Positions 9,915 to 18,339 of a stretch of DNA of 53,070 nucleotides are shown one piece after another. A program made the position numbers and the translations under genes. How positions within the stretch are numbered: position 1 is the stretch's first letter; each line of letters starts with the position of its first letter. The notes beneath the pieces were generated by a model. The model did no database searches and was not told the DNA's origin. It saw only the letters and a program-made list of their open reading frames with translations. The stretch is from a virus (taxonomy: Duplodnaviria > Caudoviricetes), in the IMG/VR virus record IMGVR_UViG_3300020034_000020, positions 1 through 53,070 of that record; one strand, given 5' to 3'.

Positions 9915-10367
9915 ATGAAAACCTTCCGCGCTATCGCCTTCTGTCTGGCCTGGAGCTTCTTTTGCTCCGCCTGTTCAACTACTCCTATTAAGATCACCCC
10001 GGAGACCGGGGCGATGCTCGTGCGGATTTCGGTCATGGCCGGGGTCGCCCCGATGCTCAGTAATAACCCGAAGTATATCCCGGCCTCCGAAGCCTTGGCG
10101 ATGGGTATCGGGGCGGCGCTTCAGCAAAACATGACCATCACGCCGGAACTGATCTCCCAGTACGTGAACCGCGTTTGCAGGGAAAAGGGCGTATCCGAAA
10201 ATGACATACCGCTCTTCGTCACCCTAGCCGAAACGATTTACGACACTTACGTTGCGACCTATAAACCAACGGTGATTAACAGCACGGACCCCAACGCCCT
10301 TCTTTATATTAACGCTTTCCGTGATGGCCTGCTTGCCGCAGCGACCATCGCCAGTACCAGAAAATGA
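9915..10367 (+). CDS. Predicted lipoprotein
   Basis: Signal peptide MKTFRAIAFCLAWSFFCSA-C with a lipobox-like Cys. Confidence 0.7.
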   Translation: MKTFRAIAFCLAWSFFCSACSTTPIKITPETGAMLVRISVMAGVAPMLSNNPKYIPASEALAMGIGAALQQNMTITPELISQYVNRVCREKGVSENDIPLFVTLAETIYDTYVATYKPTVINSTDPNALLYINAFRDGLLAAATIASTRK

Positions 10368-10663
10368 TCCTCGCCGATATCATTACCCCGAACACGAGTG
10401 TCTCGGTCACGATCGCAGCATGCTTTACCATCGTGGTTGCACTCGTGGGTGGCACCTGGCGCATTTCGGCACTCCTTAATCGCCTGGACCGCCGCTTCGA
10501 CGACCTGGAGCGCAAGACGGGCGAGTCTTGGAGTCTGGATGATATGCGGGCCTGGGTTCGTTTGATCGACAAGGCCAACGCGACCCTCGTTGTCCCGGAC
10601 CCCGACATGGTGACGCGAGATCCGGTCTACCGGAAACACGGCACGACGCCCCCTCATGGATGA
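10364..10663 (+). CDS. Small membrane protein, holin-like
   Basis: One N-terminal TM segment followed by a short charged coiled coil. Confidence 0.5.
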   Translation: MILADIITPNTSVSVTIAACFTIVVALVGGTWRISALLNRLDRRFDDLERKTGESWSLDDMRAWVRLIDKANATLVVPDPDMVTRDPVYRKHGTTPPHG

Positions 10664-11004
10664 GCATCACCCGTGAGCACCTCGCCCAAATCCTCGCTCG
10701 TAGTGGATACGCCCTCGAAGCTGAAGGTGTCTCTCTACGGGCACGGCAACGTCCGGTCATTCAAGAACACCAAGCAGATAGTCCCAGCCCGAAACGGAAA
10801 GCCGCCGTTCCTCGTAACTCATCCCGAAATCAAAAAGCAAATGGACGGGATCATCCGCGATTTGCTCTCACTCTTAATTTCCGCGTCTCAGACAATCGGC
10901 CACGAGACCTCGACGGGCTCCTCTCGACGATCCTTGATTGCCTCGTTACTGCCCGAGGACGATTCGCGGCAATGGATACCCCGAATCCTCGTGGAGTGCG
11001 CTGA
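10660..11004 (+). CDS. RusA-like ORF A (central catalytic RDLD segment)
   Basis: RFALTLNFRVSDNRPRDLDGLLSTILDCLV resembles RusA (RRRDLDN..K...DAL). ATGA-coupled to the upstream gene. Confidence 0.6.
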   Translation: MSITREHLAQILARSGYALEAEGVSLRARQRPVIQEHQADSPSPKRKAAVPRNSSRNQKANGRDHPRFALTLNFRVSDNRPRDLDGLLSTILDCLVTARGRFAAMDTPNPRGVR

Positions 11005-11053
11005 GGTCGCGCCTGGCGAGGAGGGCGTCGATCTTACGATTGAGCGGCTCTAA
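10673..11053 (+). CDS. RusA-like ORF B (N- and C-terminal RusA segments), overlapping ORF A
   Basis: GNVRSFKNTKQIV at the N-terminus and LPEDDSRQWI...GEEGVDLTIERL at the C-terminus. Confidence 0.65.
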   Translation: MSTSPKSSLVVDTPSKLKVSLYGHGNVRSFKNTKQIVPARNGKPPFLVTHPEIKKQMDGIIRDLLSLLISASQTIGHETSTGSSRRSLIASLLPEDDSRQWIPRILVECAEVAPGEEGVDLTIERL

Positions 11054-11361
11054 AGCTTCGGCATGGGCATCAATTTAACCGGTTTCCCAGGCTCAAACAC
11101 AAAGGACTTGGTCTCCGAGAAGACGTATAAGGTTCTAGCGTCCCAACGGTCGCTCAACTCCTGGTAAACGGTCAGCATCCAATTTAGATATTCCGTTTGA
11201 ATCGCCTTCACGAAGGCGCGATCAATCTCCGCGTCCGTGTTCCATTTAAGGATAGGTCGCGTGAAGCCCGGCTCTTTCGAGTCAGGAACGCGAAACTCGC
11301 AAGAAACGCCGTTCGCAAACGTTTTTTGGAAGAATAGCATTTTGGGTTCGTCGGTATTCAT
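11050..11361 (-). CDS. Hypothetical protein
   Basis: Last gene of the leftward operon; ATG 11361 chosen to avoid overlap with dnaB. Confidence 0.6.
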   Translation of the reverse strand: MNTDEPKMLFFQKTFANGVSCEFRVPDSKEPGFTRPILKWNTDAEIDRAFVKAIQTEYLNWMLTVYQELSDRWDARTLYVFSETKSFVFEPGKPVKLMPMPKL

Positions 11362-11375
11362 GTAAAGGGATCGGT

Positions 11376-12704
11376 TCAGCGATTTATGGGCCGCGCGCCG
11401 AGTTCGAATCTTGCGCACTCCCTGCGAAAATACACTGAGCTAAAGGTCGTGCCGACATTGCGCCCCTTTTCCTGGAAAATATCTTGGAAGAACCGCGGTT
11501 GCTCACTGACATCCTCATGGGGTTTTTGCGTCATTTTCGTGATCGGGTCTTGGTCCGGCCGATGCAGCATAAGGACCCGGTCGGCATGGGCCTCGATGTC
11601 GCCAGAGTCTTTTAGGTCGATGAGTTTTGGCTCGCGATTCCCGTCTCTCATTTGGTCGCGGTTAAGCTGAACGCCAAGGAAGACGACACATCCCAGCTCC
11701 GTCGCGAGACGCTTGAAAGCCGCGGTCACCATTCCGGTATTTGAGGCCTTCGTGCCAAACCGCGATTGCTCGCAATCCCTAATTAGCCCGAGGTAGTCGA
11801 TTGCAATTGCATCAAGAAAGCCGGTTTCGTGAACACGCTGGCTCGCCGATAGGATAGGATCGAGCGAGGTGAGGTTATCTATGACCGTGATGGGTAGGGC
11901 GCGAAGGCCCCGCAGCGCCAAATGAAACTCCTTTTGGTCTCTGGGGTGTAGGTCCTTTAGCTTCGCCCAGGAATGCCCGCAGACCGCGGCTGCCATTAAG
12001 TTTGCAATGTCGCCTTGCGGAACCTCCAAGGAGATCATCAGCGTATTCAAATCTCGCGTCGCGGCGTGGTGGAGGAACTGCCGCATGAGAGACGATTTCC
12101 CAAGTGAGGGACTTCCCGCAACGATGCAGAGCTCACCCCGCCGAAAGTTTCCGTGTCGCTCACCCAGAGAAGGCCAGGGCCATTCAATCGTGCGAATTTC
12201 CTCGGGCTCTTCTTTCGCTATAATAGCATCAACCTTTTGCGCCTCGACTGTGATTGACTGCTGCCAGGTGAGAGGCGGTCGCGGGTCTGCGCTGAGGTCT
12301 GCCGCCTTGAGTTGAGCCAATGCCTTTTGCGCCGTCTCGTCGTCTTTACTATTCACGGCCTCCGAAAATTTCAGCGCGTTGAGCTGGGTGATGCGCTGCT
12401 GGTTTAAGCGCTTCAGCTCGTAGCACAGAGGCCTTAGCTCGCAGGAAATCATTCCTGGGTTCTCGCGGGTGACGCGCACATAATCCTCCGGTGACATATG
12501 CCCTTTTTCGAAAATCACCTCTCTCAGATACGAAACGAAGAGAAACCTTCTCGTCTTCAGGGTTTCGTGCGCTAGCTCGAAATATGCCCGGCAAGCCGAA
12601 TCGGTGAAGTGCTCGCCTGTGACACCAAGCTCGGCAATAACCTTCATTGCCTCCACTTCGCCGTAATGGATAAAAGCCGTTATGCGTTCTTCGAGAGCGT
12701 TCAT
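11376..12704 (-). CDS. dnaB: DnaB-like replicative helicase
   Basis: Walker A GSPSLGKS, IDYLGLI, QLNRD, DLKDSGDIEAHADRVLMLHR. Confidence 0.95.
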   Translation of the reverse strand: MNALEERITAFIHYGEVEAMKVIAELGVTGEHFTDSACRAYFELAHETLKTRRFLFVSYLREVIFEKGHMSPEDYVRVTRENPGMISCELRPLCYELKRLNQQRITQLNALKFSEAVNSKDDETAQKALAQLKAADLSADPRPPLTWQQSITVEAQKVDAIIAKEEPEEIRTIEWPWPSLGERHGNFRRGELCIVAGSPSLGKSSLMRQFLHHAATRDLNTLMISLEVPQGDIANLMAAAVCGHSWAKLKDLHPRDQKEFHLALRGLRALPITVIDNLTSLDPILSASQRVHETGFLDAIAIDYLGLIRDCEQSRFGTKASNTGMVTAAFKRLATELGCVVFLGVQLNRDQMRDGNREPKLIDLKDSGDIEAHADRVLMLHRPDQDPITKMTQKPHEDVSEQPRFFQDIFQEKGRNVGTTFSSVYFRRECARFELGARPINR

Positions 12705-13324
12705 TAGAAGCGGACCTCGCGTTTACGTTCTGGGGCGGCGTGGCCGTTTGCCGGAAGCGACTGCTCCGCCTTATTCAGCCAATTGAGGAAAAACTTCCGC
12801 GTCATCTGACGGCGGTTGTTTTGGCACCAAAGTGCTGCTTTCTCTCGTTCCCTGTCTACGTCGACCGATTTAAACAGCGGGTTGCTTTTAATATCAGCCA
12901 GCCATTCTTCGTTCGTCTGGATTGGTTTCTTAACCGGCTCAATCAAAGGAGTCCTCGTAGCTATGCTTGAGCTATCCTTAAGCTTAGCGTGAGCTATGCT
13001 TGAATTATTCACACGGGCAAGGCCTCCGACTTTGCCGCCCGCCCGCTTGGCACGCGCAGCCTCTTCTTGCTCGGTTGGGTAACCCAAGACGCGGATGTCT
13101 TCAGCGGTGGCCAGAAGTAGCCGCCCGGCGGACGGAAGGCACTCCTTGACCACGCCGAGCATTCCCCAGGCCTCGGACGACCATGAGGCCGCGCCCTTGA
13201 TGACGCCGCCGTTCTCCTGGTCTGCGCACCAAAGAAGGAGATTAAGCCAGGTGCCGCGCCCGGTCGCATTGGTCGCGATAAACGCGGGCTCGCCTGTGAG
13301 TTTCGGGTCCAGGGTGATTTTCAT
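12704..13324 (-). CDS. Replication initiator (lambda O-like)
   Basis: Directly upstream of dnaB, internal iterons, C-terminal FFLNWLNKA; ATG 13324 coupled to the upstream stop. Confidence 0.72.
   Translation of the reverse strand: MKITLDPKLTGEPAFIATNATGRGTWLNLLLWCADQENGGVIKGAASWSSEAWGMLGVVKECLPSAGRLLLATAEDIRVLGYPTEQEEAARAKRAGGKVGGLARVNNSSIAHAKLKDSSSIATRTPLIEPVKKPIQTNEEWLADIKSNPLFKSVDVDREREKAALWCQNNRRQMTRKFFLNWLNKAEQSLPANGHAAPERKREVRF
12959..13002. repeat. Four tandem 11-bp iterons, probable replication origin
   Basis: AGCTATGCTTG / AGCTATCCTTA / AGCTTAGCGTG / AGCTATGCTTG inside the initiator gene. Confidence 0.75.
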
Positions 13325-14196
13325 AATGCCTTTCGTGTTTTCCATTCCGGCAGCGATACGGGCGTCCCGCTCTCGCTCGAACCGGGCCAGGTGTTCAGGT
13401 CGTAGCACTCCTTTAAAAGCTTCAGGTCGCGGAGGACCTCGGTTGCGCCGATATCCAGCGACTCTAAATCGGGGTCGCGGCGTGCGCAGAGGTAGGGCGG
13501 TTTTGTCTCCACCACGGCGAAAGCGAACTGGACGAAGGCGGCGGGAATACCGAGGACCTTGGACACTACGAGGCGATAAAAGGCCGCCTGGCGGTAATAG
13601 TTGTATTTCTCGTATTGATAATCAAAGGACTCCAGGGACTCGATGGTCTTCACGTCGACGATAAAGGGGGCCGCCTCGGCCGTGCCGTCAAACCAGTCGA
13701 CGCGCGACTGAATCCCATAGCTCGCCATTTTGTGGCGAAAGGTAACCTCGGGATTTCCCGCTTTGAAGAGATCCGCCACGACAGGCTTTGCGCGGACCGA
13801 CTCCACCATTTTGGTAGCCTGGTCCCATTCGTTTTCATCGATCTGTTCGCGACCAGCGGCGGCGAGGTCGAAGTCGGCCCACCACTTCATTTGCGCCTTA
13901 GACTTAGGGGAAGGGCTTTCCGCCTCCAACTGCCGACTGGTCGGACGCGCGGGTGCGTAATTCGGGATCTTCACGTAGCGCTGACCAACGACTGTCTCAC
14001 CTTCCAGCGAGTAGGTATGGAAGAACCGCCCGAAGCGGAACGCGGGGGTATCGGCCCGCTCCGGGAGTTCCTTCGTTATATATCGCAGCTTATAGCGAAT
14101 CGGAAAGGGCGTGAGATCCTCCAAGCGATGCGAGCCGACGCAATCAGTTGCTCGATACTCGCCGAACGACTCACTCAGCAGTTTGCCGTAATTCAT
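13321..14196 (-). CDS. PD-(D/E)XK exonuclease (exonuclease VIII/RecE-like)
   Basis: TPAFRFGRFFH, SRVDW, IVDVKT, YYRQAAFY; lies next to recT. Confidence 0.88.
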   Translation of the reverse strand: MNYGKLLSESFGEYRATDCVGSHRLEDLTPFPIRYKLRYITKELPERADTPAFRFGRFFHTYSLEGETVVGQRYVKIPNYAPARPTSRQLEAESPSPKSKAQMKWWADFDLAAAGREQIDENEWDQATKMVESVRAKPVVADLFKAGNPEVTFRHKMASYGIQSRVDWFDGTAEAAPFIVDVKTIESLESFDYQYEKYNYYRQAAFYRLVVSKVLGIPAAFVQFAFAVVETKPPYLCARRDPDLESLDIGATEVLRDLKLLKECYDLNTWPGSSESGTPVSLPEWKTRKAL

Positions 14197-14392
14197 GGGG
14201 TAGCGCGTGAATGGTTGAACAGTAGTTGCATGTTTTGCTGTTAGGCAGCGGAGCGCCGCAGGAGTCGCATTTCATCGCGCGAAGCTCGCGGGGTTTGGGT
14301 GCGGGCGCCTTGCTCGCCGCGAGATTGGCGGCGTTTTGGCCGTAGGCGCTCGCGGCTGCCCCGGCCACTGCTGCGGCTACTGCGCACCACAT
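14171..14392 (-). CDS. Small Zn-ribbon protein with an ejection-protein-like N-terminus
   Basis: CDSCGAPL..CNYC; N-terminus resembles that of 3324..4115. Confidence 0.7.
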   Translation of the reverse strand: MWCAVAAAVAGAAASAYGQNAANLAASKAPAPKPRELRAMKCDSCGAPLPNSKTCNYCSTIHALPHELRQTAE

Positions 14393-14396
14393 AAAG

Positions 14397-15074
14397 CTAT
14401 TCCTCTTTCGGGGCGTCGATGTCGTCGAGAGATTGGGTCACATTGCGCTCTGGCGGCCGTTCACGGGCCTCCTCGGTAGTTACAAGCCCGCGCATCGTCT
14501 CCGGGACCGCGTCCCGGTAGGCGAAGGTTCGAGCCCGCGCGAGGAGCATGCGATCGGGGTGCGTAACCCACGGAGTGGGCTGACCCTCTTTTCCGCGTTT
14601 TTGCCAGAGCCCAGCCTTCTTGGCGTCGCCCACCGTGAAGGTGCGGACAATCGGCTTCGCGCGGTCCTTGCGCTTAATCGTAACCCGATAACCCCAGGCG
14701 TCCGTTCCCTCAACCCCCACGGTTTCGTCCGCGTAGTCTTCGATTAGCCCGCTTGCGTTGGCGATACCGCCGACGGCGTCGCCCCAAACGGTAGGACGCC
14801 CCTGAATGACACAGATATTTTGCAGCGCAGCCATGGGCGGCAGGCCCAACTCAGCCCCGTATTGAATGGCAACGAGGATCGCCTGTTTAGTTTTGAAGGC
14901 CGCCGGAGCCAGGCCGGAGTCGAGGACAGCCCCGGCGAAAATAAACATTTCCTCCAGGGAATTGAAGGTGATGCCCCGGCTGCCCACTTTCATTAAACTG
15001 GATTTACTGGGACCTCCGGCGATTGGCGCAGTTGGCGGCGGAGTCGCCTGGATGTCGATTGCGTGCTCGCTCAT
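14397..15074 (-). CDS. recT: RecT/Redbeta-like ssDNA annealing protein
   Basis: GAELGLPPMAALQNICVIQGRPTVWGD, AKKAGLW, PWVTHPDRML.ARA. Confidence 0.88.
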   Translation of the reverse strand: MSEHAIDIQATPPPTAPIAGGPSKSSLMKVGSRGITFNSLEEMFIFAGAVLDSGLAPAAFKTKQAILVAIQYGAELGLPPMAALQNICVIQGRPTVWGDAVGGIANASGLIEDYADETVGVEGTDAWGYRVTIKRKDRAKPIVRTFTVGDAKKAGLWQKRGKEGQPTPWVTHPDRMLLARARTFAYRDAVPETMRGLVTTEEARERPPERNVTQSLDDIDAPKEE

Positions 15075-15427
15075 GCGTGAGTCCTCTCTTTGGCGCCAAC
15101 GAGGCGCTTGCGGGTGACGGGCTTAACAGGTTCCTCTTTGGCCGGAACCTCGCCCATGAAGTCAAAAAACGCGGCTGGCTCGGGCTCGCCCTTGTCCAGG
15201 GGCAGGAATGGGAAGTGCGGCGGGATCTCGTAATCAATCCACGCGGGCTCCATTTCAATGGTTCCCTGGCCGGTGTGGACGAAGTGGGTTTCCTTGTACC
15301 CGGAGTAGCATTCCCGAATCGTCGTGCCGGGAAAGCGTTCGAGCGCCTTTTGCATGGCGTCACTGGCGTCGAAGCCTTTGACCTCCACGCGCTCTCTAGA
15401 CGAAAGGAGCATTCTATAGGTCAACAT
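15071..15427 (-). CDS. Hypothetical protein
   Basis: Operon context; ATG 15427. Confidence 0.6.
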   Translation of the reverse strand: MLTYRMLLSSRERVEVKGFDASDAMQKALERFPGTTIRECYSGYKETHFVHTGQGTIEMEPAWIDYEIPPHFPFLPLDKGEPEPAAFFDFMGEVPAKEEPVKPVTRKRLVGAKERTHA

Positions 15428-15656
15428 AGCGCCTCCCGTGGTTGATAATCGCGGGGAGGGCCTCAGAAACGCCCGCGGCGCGGCGCGCAACGCGTTCGTC
15501 AATCTCTTTGGTGCAAGCGCGGCGCGGCGGGGCGCCTCGCGTGGTGTGGCTCATTTCGTTTAGGTCGCTAATGGGTTCGTCGCAGAGCCAGCAAATAGGG
15601 GCCTCGACACCGGCCAAAAAGGCGGCGTGTTCCCCGGGGCAAATAGGTTTTCTCAT
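15414..15656 (-). CDS. Hypothetical Cys-containing protein
   Basis: ATGA-coupled to the xis-like gene; CxxC present. Confidence 0.5.
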   Translation of the reverse strand: MRKPICPGEHAAFLAGVEAPICWLCDEPISDLNEMSHTTRGAPPRRACTKEIDERVARRAAGVSEALPAIINHGRRYVDL

Positions 15657-15883
15657 GAAATGTAAGTTCGAAGTTGATCGCGCGGAATACGCAGGCCGAT
15701 GCGTCGGATCTTTCCTTCGCGGACTTCGCGTTGAATGGTTCGCCGGGATTTCCCGGAGATTTTCGCGAACTCGGTGATAGTGAGGTTAGGCCTCCGGGCT
15801 TCGTGAGCCATTTCCTGGAGGCGAAGTAAGGTGTCTACCTTAGCCTCTAGAGAGGCCAAACGGGCTAACGCCTCGTCACTCAT
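15653..15883 (-). CDS. Excisionase-like HTH protein
   Basis: LTITEFAKISGKSRRTIQREVREGKI; near the integrase. Confidence 0.78.
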   Translation of the reverse strand: MSDEALARLASLEAKVDTLLRLQEMAHEARRPNLTITEFAKISGKSRRTIQREVREGKIRRIGLRIPRDQLRTYIS

Positions 15884-15889
15884 AGGGGG

Positions 15890-16114
15890 TTACCCCTTTA
15901 GGAGGTGTTTATAGTGTTTTAGGATAATCCTCCGCATCACCTGACCGGGGGTTATATAATCAAGGGCCGCTTCCGCAGAAATGATGTCAATCACTTGTTG
16001 CGTAAGTGCGGTTGAGACAGTGTGTAACATCTCGTCTCTGGGTATCGCTTTTCGTTTATGGCTCCGAATAATCGTGGAGCCGGCTGCTTCTGGGGCATCG
16101 AGCATTGGTTTCAT
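15890..16114 (-). CDS. Ribbon-helix-helix-like DNA-binding protein
   Basis: TVSTAL strand followed by two helices (QQVIDIISAEA, TPGQVMRRII); first gene of the operon. Confidence 0.55.
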   Translation of the reverse strand: MKPMLDAPEAAGSTIIRSHKRKAIPRDEMLHTVSTALTQQVIDIISAEAALDYITPGQVMRRIILKHYKHLLKG

Positions 16115-16256
16115 TAAAACTCCCTTCGCTTGCGTTCCCGCTGCCTTTTTAAAAGGCGCGTAATGTTTTATAGGTGAACAATCTGCCCTATATGGCAAAG
16201 TGAGGTCAAAAACTTATTTCTCGTATGTTTCCTATTTGAAACATATGACAGTGAAT

Positions 16257-16271
16257 AACACCCTATCCCCT
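16257..16271. repeat. 15-bp element AACACCCTATCCCCT, copy 1
   Basis: Identical copy at 26811-26825; both lie upstream of leftward operons. Confidence 0.8.
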
Positions 16272-16393
16272 TGGGAGCCAATATGACCATTCCCGCTGTC
16301 TGTTTAACACGCCCGCTGAAAATACTTTCAGAGGAGCTTTTTTCGCCCATCGGCTTTGCGTCGGTTTTTGCCGGACCCCCCTCGAGTCACCCC

Positions 16394-16593
16394 TTGTGCC
16401 GCCAAAGCCTGGCACGGAGCGGCACATGGAACTGGTTTACCAGGGAAGGGTGGGCGCTCCTAGAGTCCATTCTTTTCCCTGCTACAGAGGTAAATCCCTC
16501 TGTAGCTTTGTGCCAAAAAGTGCTAAAAAAGGACAGAAATGAGCACTAAACCGGCACAGGATCTTGGAGGCAGTGGCACGGACATGGCACAGA
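16394..16593. other. Candidate attP: GGCAC(A/G) arm-type repeats around a 10-bp inverted repeat
   Basis: GGCAC(A/G) at 16411, 16421, 16553, 16575, 16586; inverted TTGTGCC at 16394 and 16508; GCTACAGAGG/CCTCTGTAGC at 16481-16506. Confidence 0.55.
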
Positions 16594-17801
16594 GCGAAAG
16601 CAAGGCGACCATCGCACTTCGAAAAAAACTCCCTCGCGGAATAAGGATCGGGACCTGGGGGGGCACCGCGCACCAAGCAAAGCCTTACTTCGTCCGTTAT
16701 GGCCCCCAGCGGACCGTCCAATCCTTCGAGGTCGAGTCGACCCGCAATAAGTTCGCCGAGGACCTGACGCTCCAGGCGAAACAGTTAGGCTCACCCTCCC
16801 TTGGAGTGAACCATACCGAGATTAAGGAATGGTTGCTTATTAAAGCCCAGACGGGCGCGACGGCGGCCGAGCTCTTGGAGGCATGGCAGAAGCATAAGAG
16901 CCGGATGAACCTGACTCTGACGGTCTCCGAGGCGGTCGGGAAGTATCTCGCCCTCCGGCGAAACGAGGACATTGCGGAAAAGTCCACCACCTACCGGCAA
17001 ATGAAACGCCACCTTGTGGATTTCCTCGTGGCGACCCACGGCGAGCGGCTACTCATCGACGTCACCGCAGAAGACTTGCGGACGCTCCTCACTACGGTGA
17101 TGGACCGGGACGGCGAAAAACCGGCCGCCGCCGTCACCAAAAAGAGCTACCGAAAGAACTGGATGACGTTCTTCAATCGAGCCTGTGCCGAAAAATGGCT
17201 CGAAGTTAATCCCTGTGCCGAAGTTGTGCCCCCTAAGGTACACGCCAAGGAGAAGGAGCTCTTCTCGATCGAGAAGGTGTTCCACTTCCTCCAGGCCAAT
17301 ATTAACGAGCCGGTCTTGCCCCGCGTGGCCCTGGAAATGTGGGGCTTTATGCGGGCCTCCAGTGCCGCCCGAATCCTCGAGGAGCATGTCAACTTTGAGG
17401 AAAAGGGCCTGAAAATGCCCGGCAAGCAGCATAAGGGCGGCAAGTGGAAATTTCGTCAGGGGCATGCCGAGGTGCTTTGGGATTGGCTTGCCTTGGCAAC
17501 CGAGGAAACTTGGGCTCTCGACGAAAAGATGTACGCCGTTCGCAAAGCTCAGGCCTTTATCCGCGCGGGCTTTAAGCTCAAAAAACGGGCGTTCCACAAC
17601 ATCCTACGCCACTCCTGCATTAGCTATCACCTCGCAGCGCTCAAAGAAATGTCTCGTACCAGCTACCTGGCCCAACACTCCAGCCTAACCATGACTGAGG
17701 AATACGAGGGGGTTGCCACCGAAAAGGACGGCAAGCTCTGGGCAAAACTAACTCCGAAGGCCGTTTCAAACGGCTCGTTTGAACAGTTCATCACCTCATG
17801 A
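16539..17801 (+). CDS. int: Tyrosine recombinase (integrase)
   Basis: Catalytic R (MRASS), HxxxR (HNILRHS), H (AQHSS) and Y (EEYEG); WLEVNP. The true start may be ATG 16584. Confidence 0.9.
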   Translation: MSTKPAQDLGGSGTDMAQSESKATIALRKKLPRGIRIGTWGGTAHQAKPYFVRYGPQRTVQSFEVESTRNKFAEDLTLQAKQLGSPSLGVNHTEIKEWLLIKAQTGATAAELLEAWQKHKSRMNLTLTVSEAVGKYLALRRNEDIAEKSTTYRQMKRHLVDFLVATHGERLLIDVTAEDLRTLLTTVMDRDGEKPAAAVTKKSYRKNWMTFFNRACAEKWLEVNPCAEVVPPKVHAKEKELFSIEKVFHFLQANINEPVLPRVALEMWGFMRASSAARILEEHVNFEEKGLKMPGKQHKGGKWKFRQGHAEVLWDWLALATEETWALDEKMYAVRKAQAFIRAGFKLKKRAFHNILRHSCISYHLAALKEMSRTSYLAQHSSLTMTEEYEGVATEKDGKLWAKLTPKAVSNGSFEQFITS

Positions 17802-18205
17802 ATGAAATCACCTACCAAAAAACACTCGAAGAAACCCTAAGGGAGATCGCGGAACTCGAAGCGCGACTCGAGCGGCTCAAAAGAACCGCGAAGGCTCTCC
17901 GAGAACTGACGAAATGGCCCACCGGGGCGTCGCGTCTTATCCTCCCGCCGGACCTAAAGATAACTGGCAAACGGGCGCCAAAATACTTCATGGAGGACAC
18001 CCTCCTTAAGAAGATATTCAAGGACGGGCTTTGGCTCTCCAACGCGAACGTTCGCGAGGCGTTGAGGGAGATGGATTACCCGTTCCTTATCGACAATCAC
18101 CAGCTCCGCAAAACCCTCTCCCGCCTGCGAGTCGCCGGGCAGCTCCAGGTCAAACACGAGCGAGGGTATGCGTTTTTCTCACTACCCCCCAAGAAAAAGA
18201 ATTGA
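17798..18205 (+). CDS. Coiled-coil plus winged-helix protein
   Basis: N-terminal coiled coil; LRKTLSRL..AGQLQV wHTH-like C-terminus; coupled to int. Confidence 0.65.
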   Translation: MNEITYQKTLEETLREIAELEARLERLKRTAKALRELTKWPTGASRLILPPDLKITGKRAPKYFMEDTLLKKIFKDGLWLSNANVREALREMDYPFLIDNHQLRKTLSRLRVAGQLQVKHERGYAFFSLPPKKKN

Positions 18206-18211
18206 CCCCAC

Positions 18212-18229
18212 CCAAGGGTATACCCTTGG
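18212..18229. promoter_or_regulatory. 18-bp palindrome CCAAGGGTATACCCTTGG
   Basis: Perfect palindrome upstream of the non-coding region; TTGACC just 5' of it. Confidence 0.75.
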
Positions 18230-18300
18230 CTTGGCTTGCTTCCGTGAGTAAGACGAGCAAGCTGAGCACACTTTTGAGGGGGTCTGCCCTTCGCCTTTGT

Positions 18301-18339
18301 ACCCGGTTTCCCTGCTTACTCCAGGGAGCCGGGTTTTTT
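18301..18339 (+). terminator. Intrinsic terminator-like hairpin
   Basis: ACCCGGTTTCCCTG / CAGGGAGCCGGGT stem followed by a T run. Confidence 0.65.
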
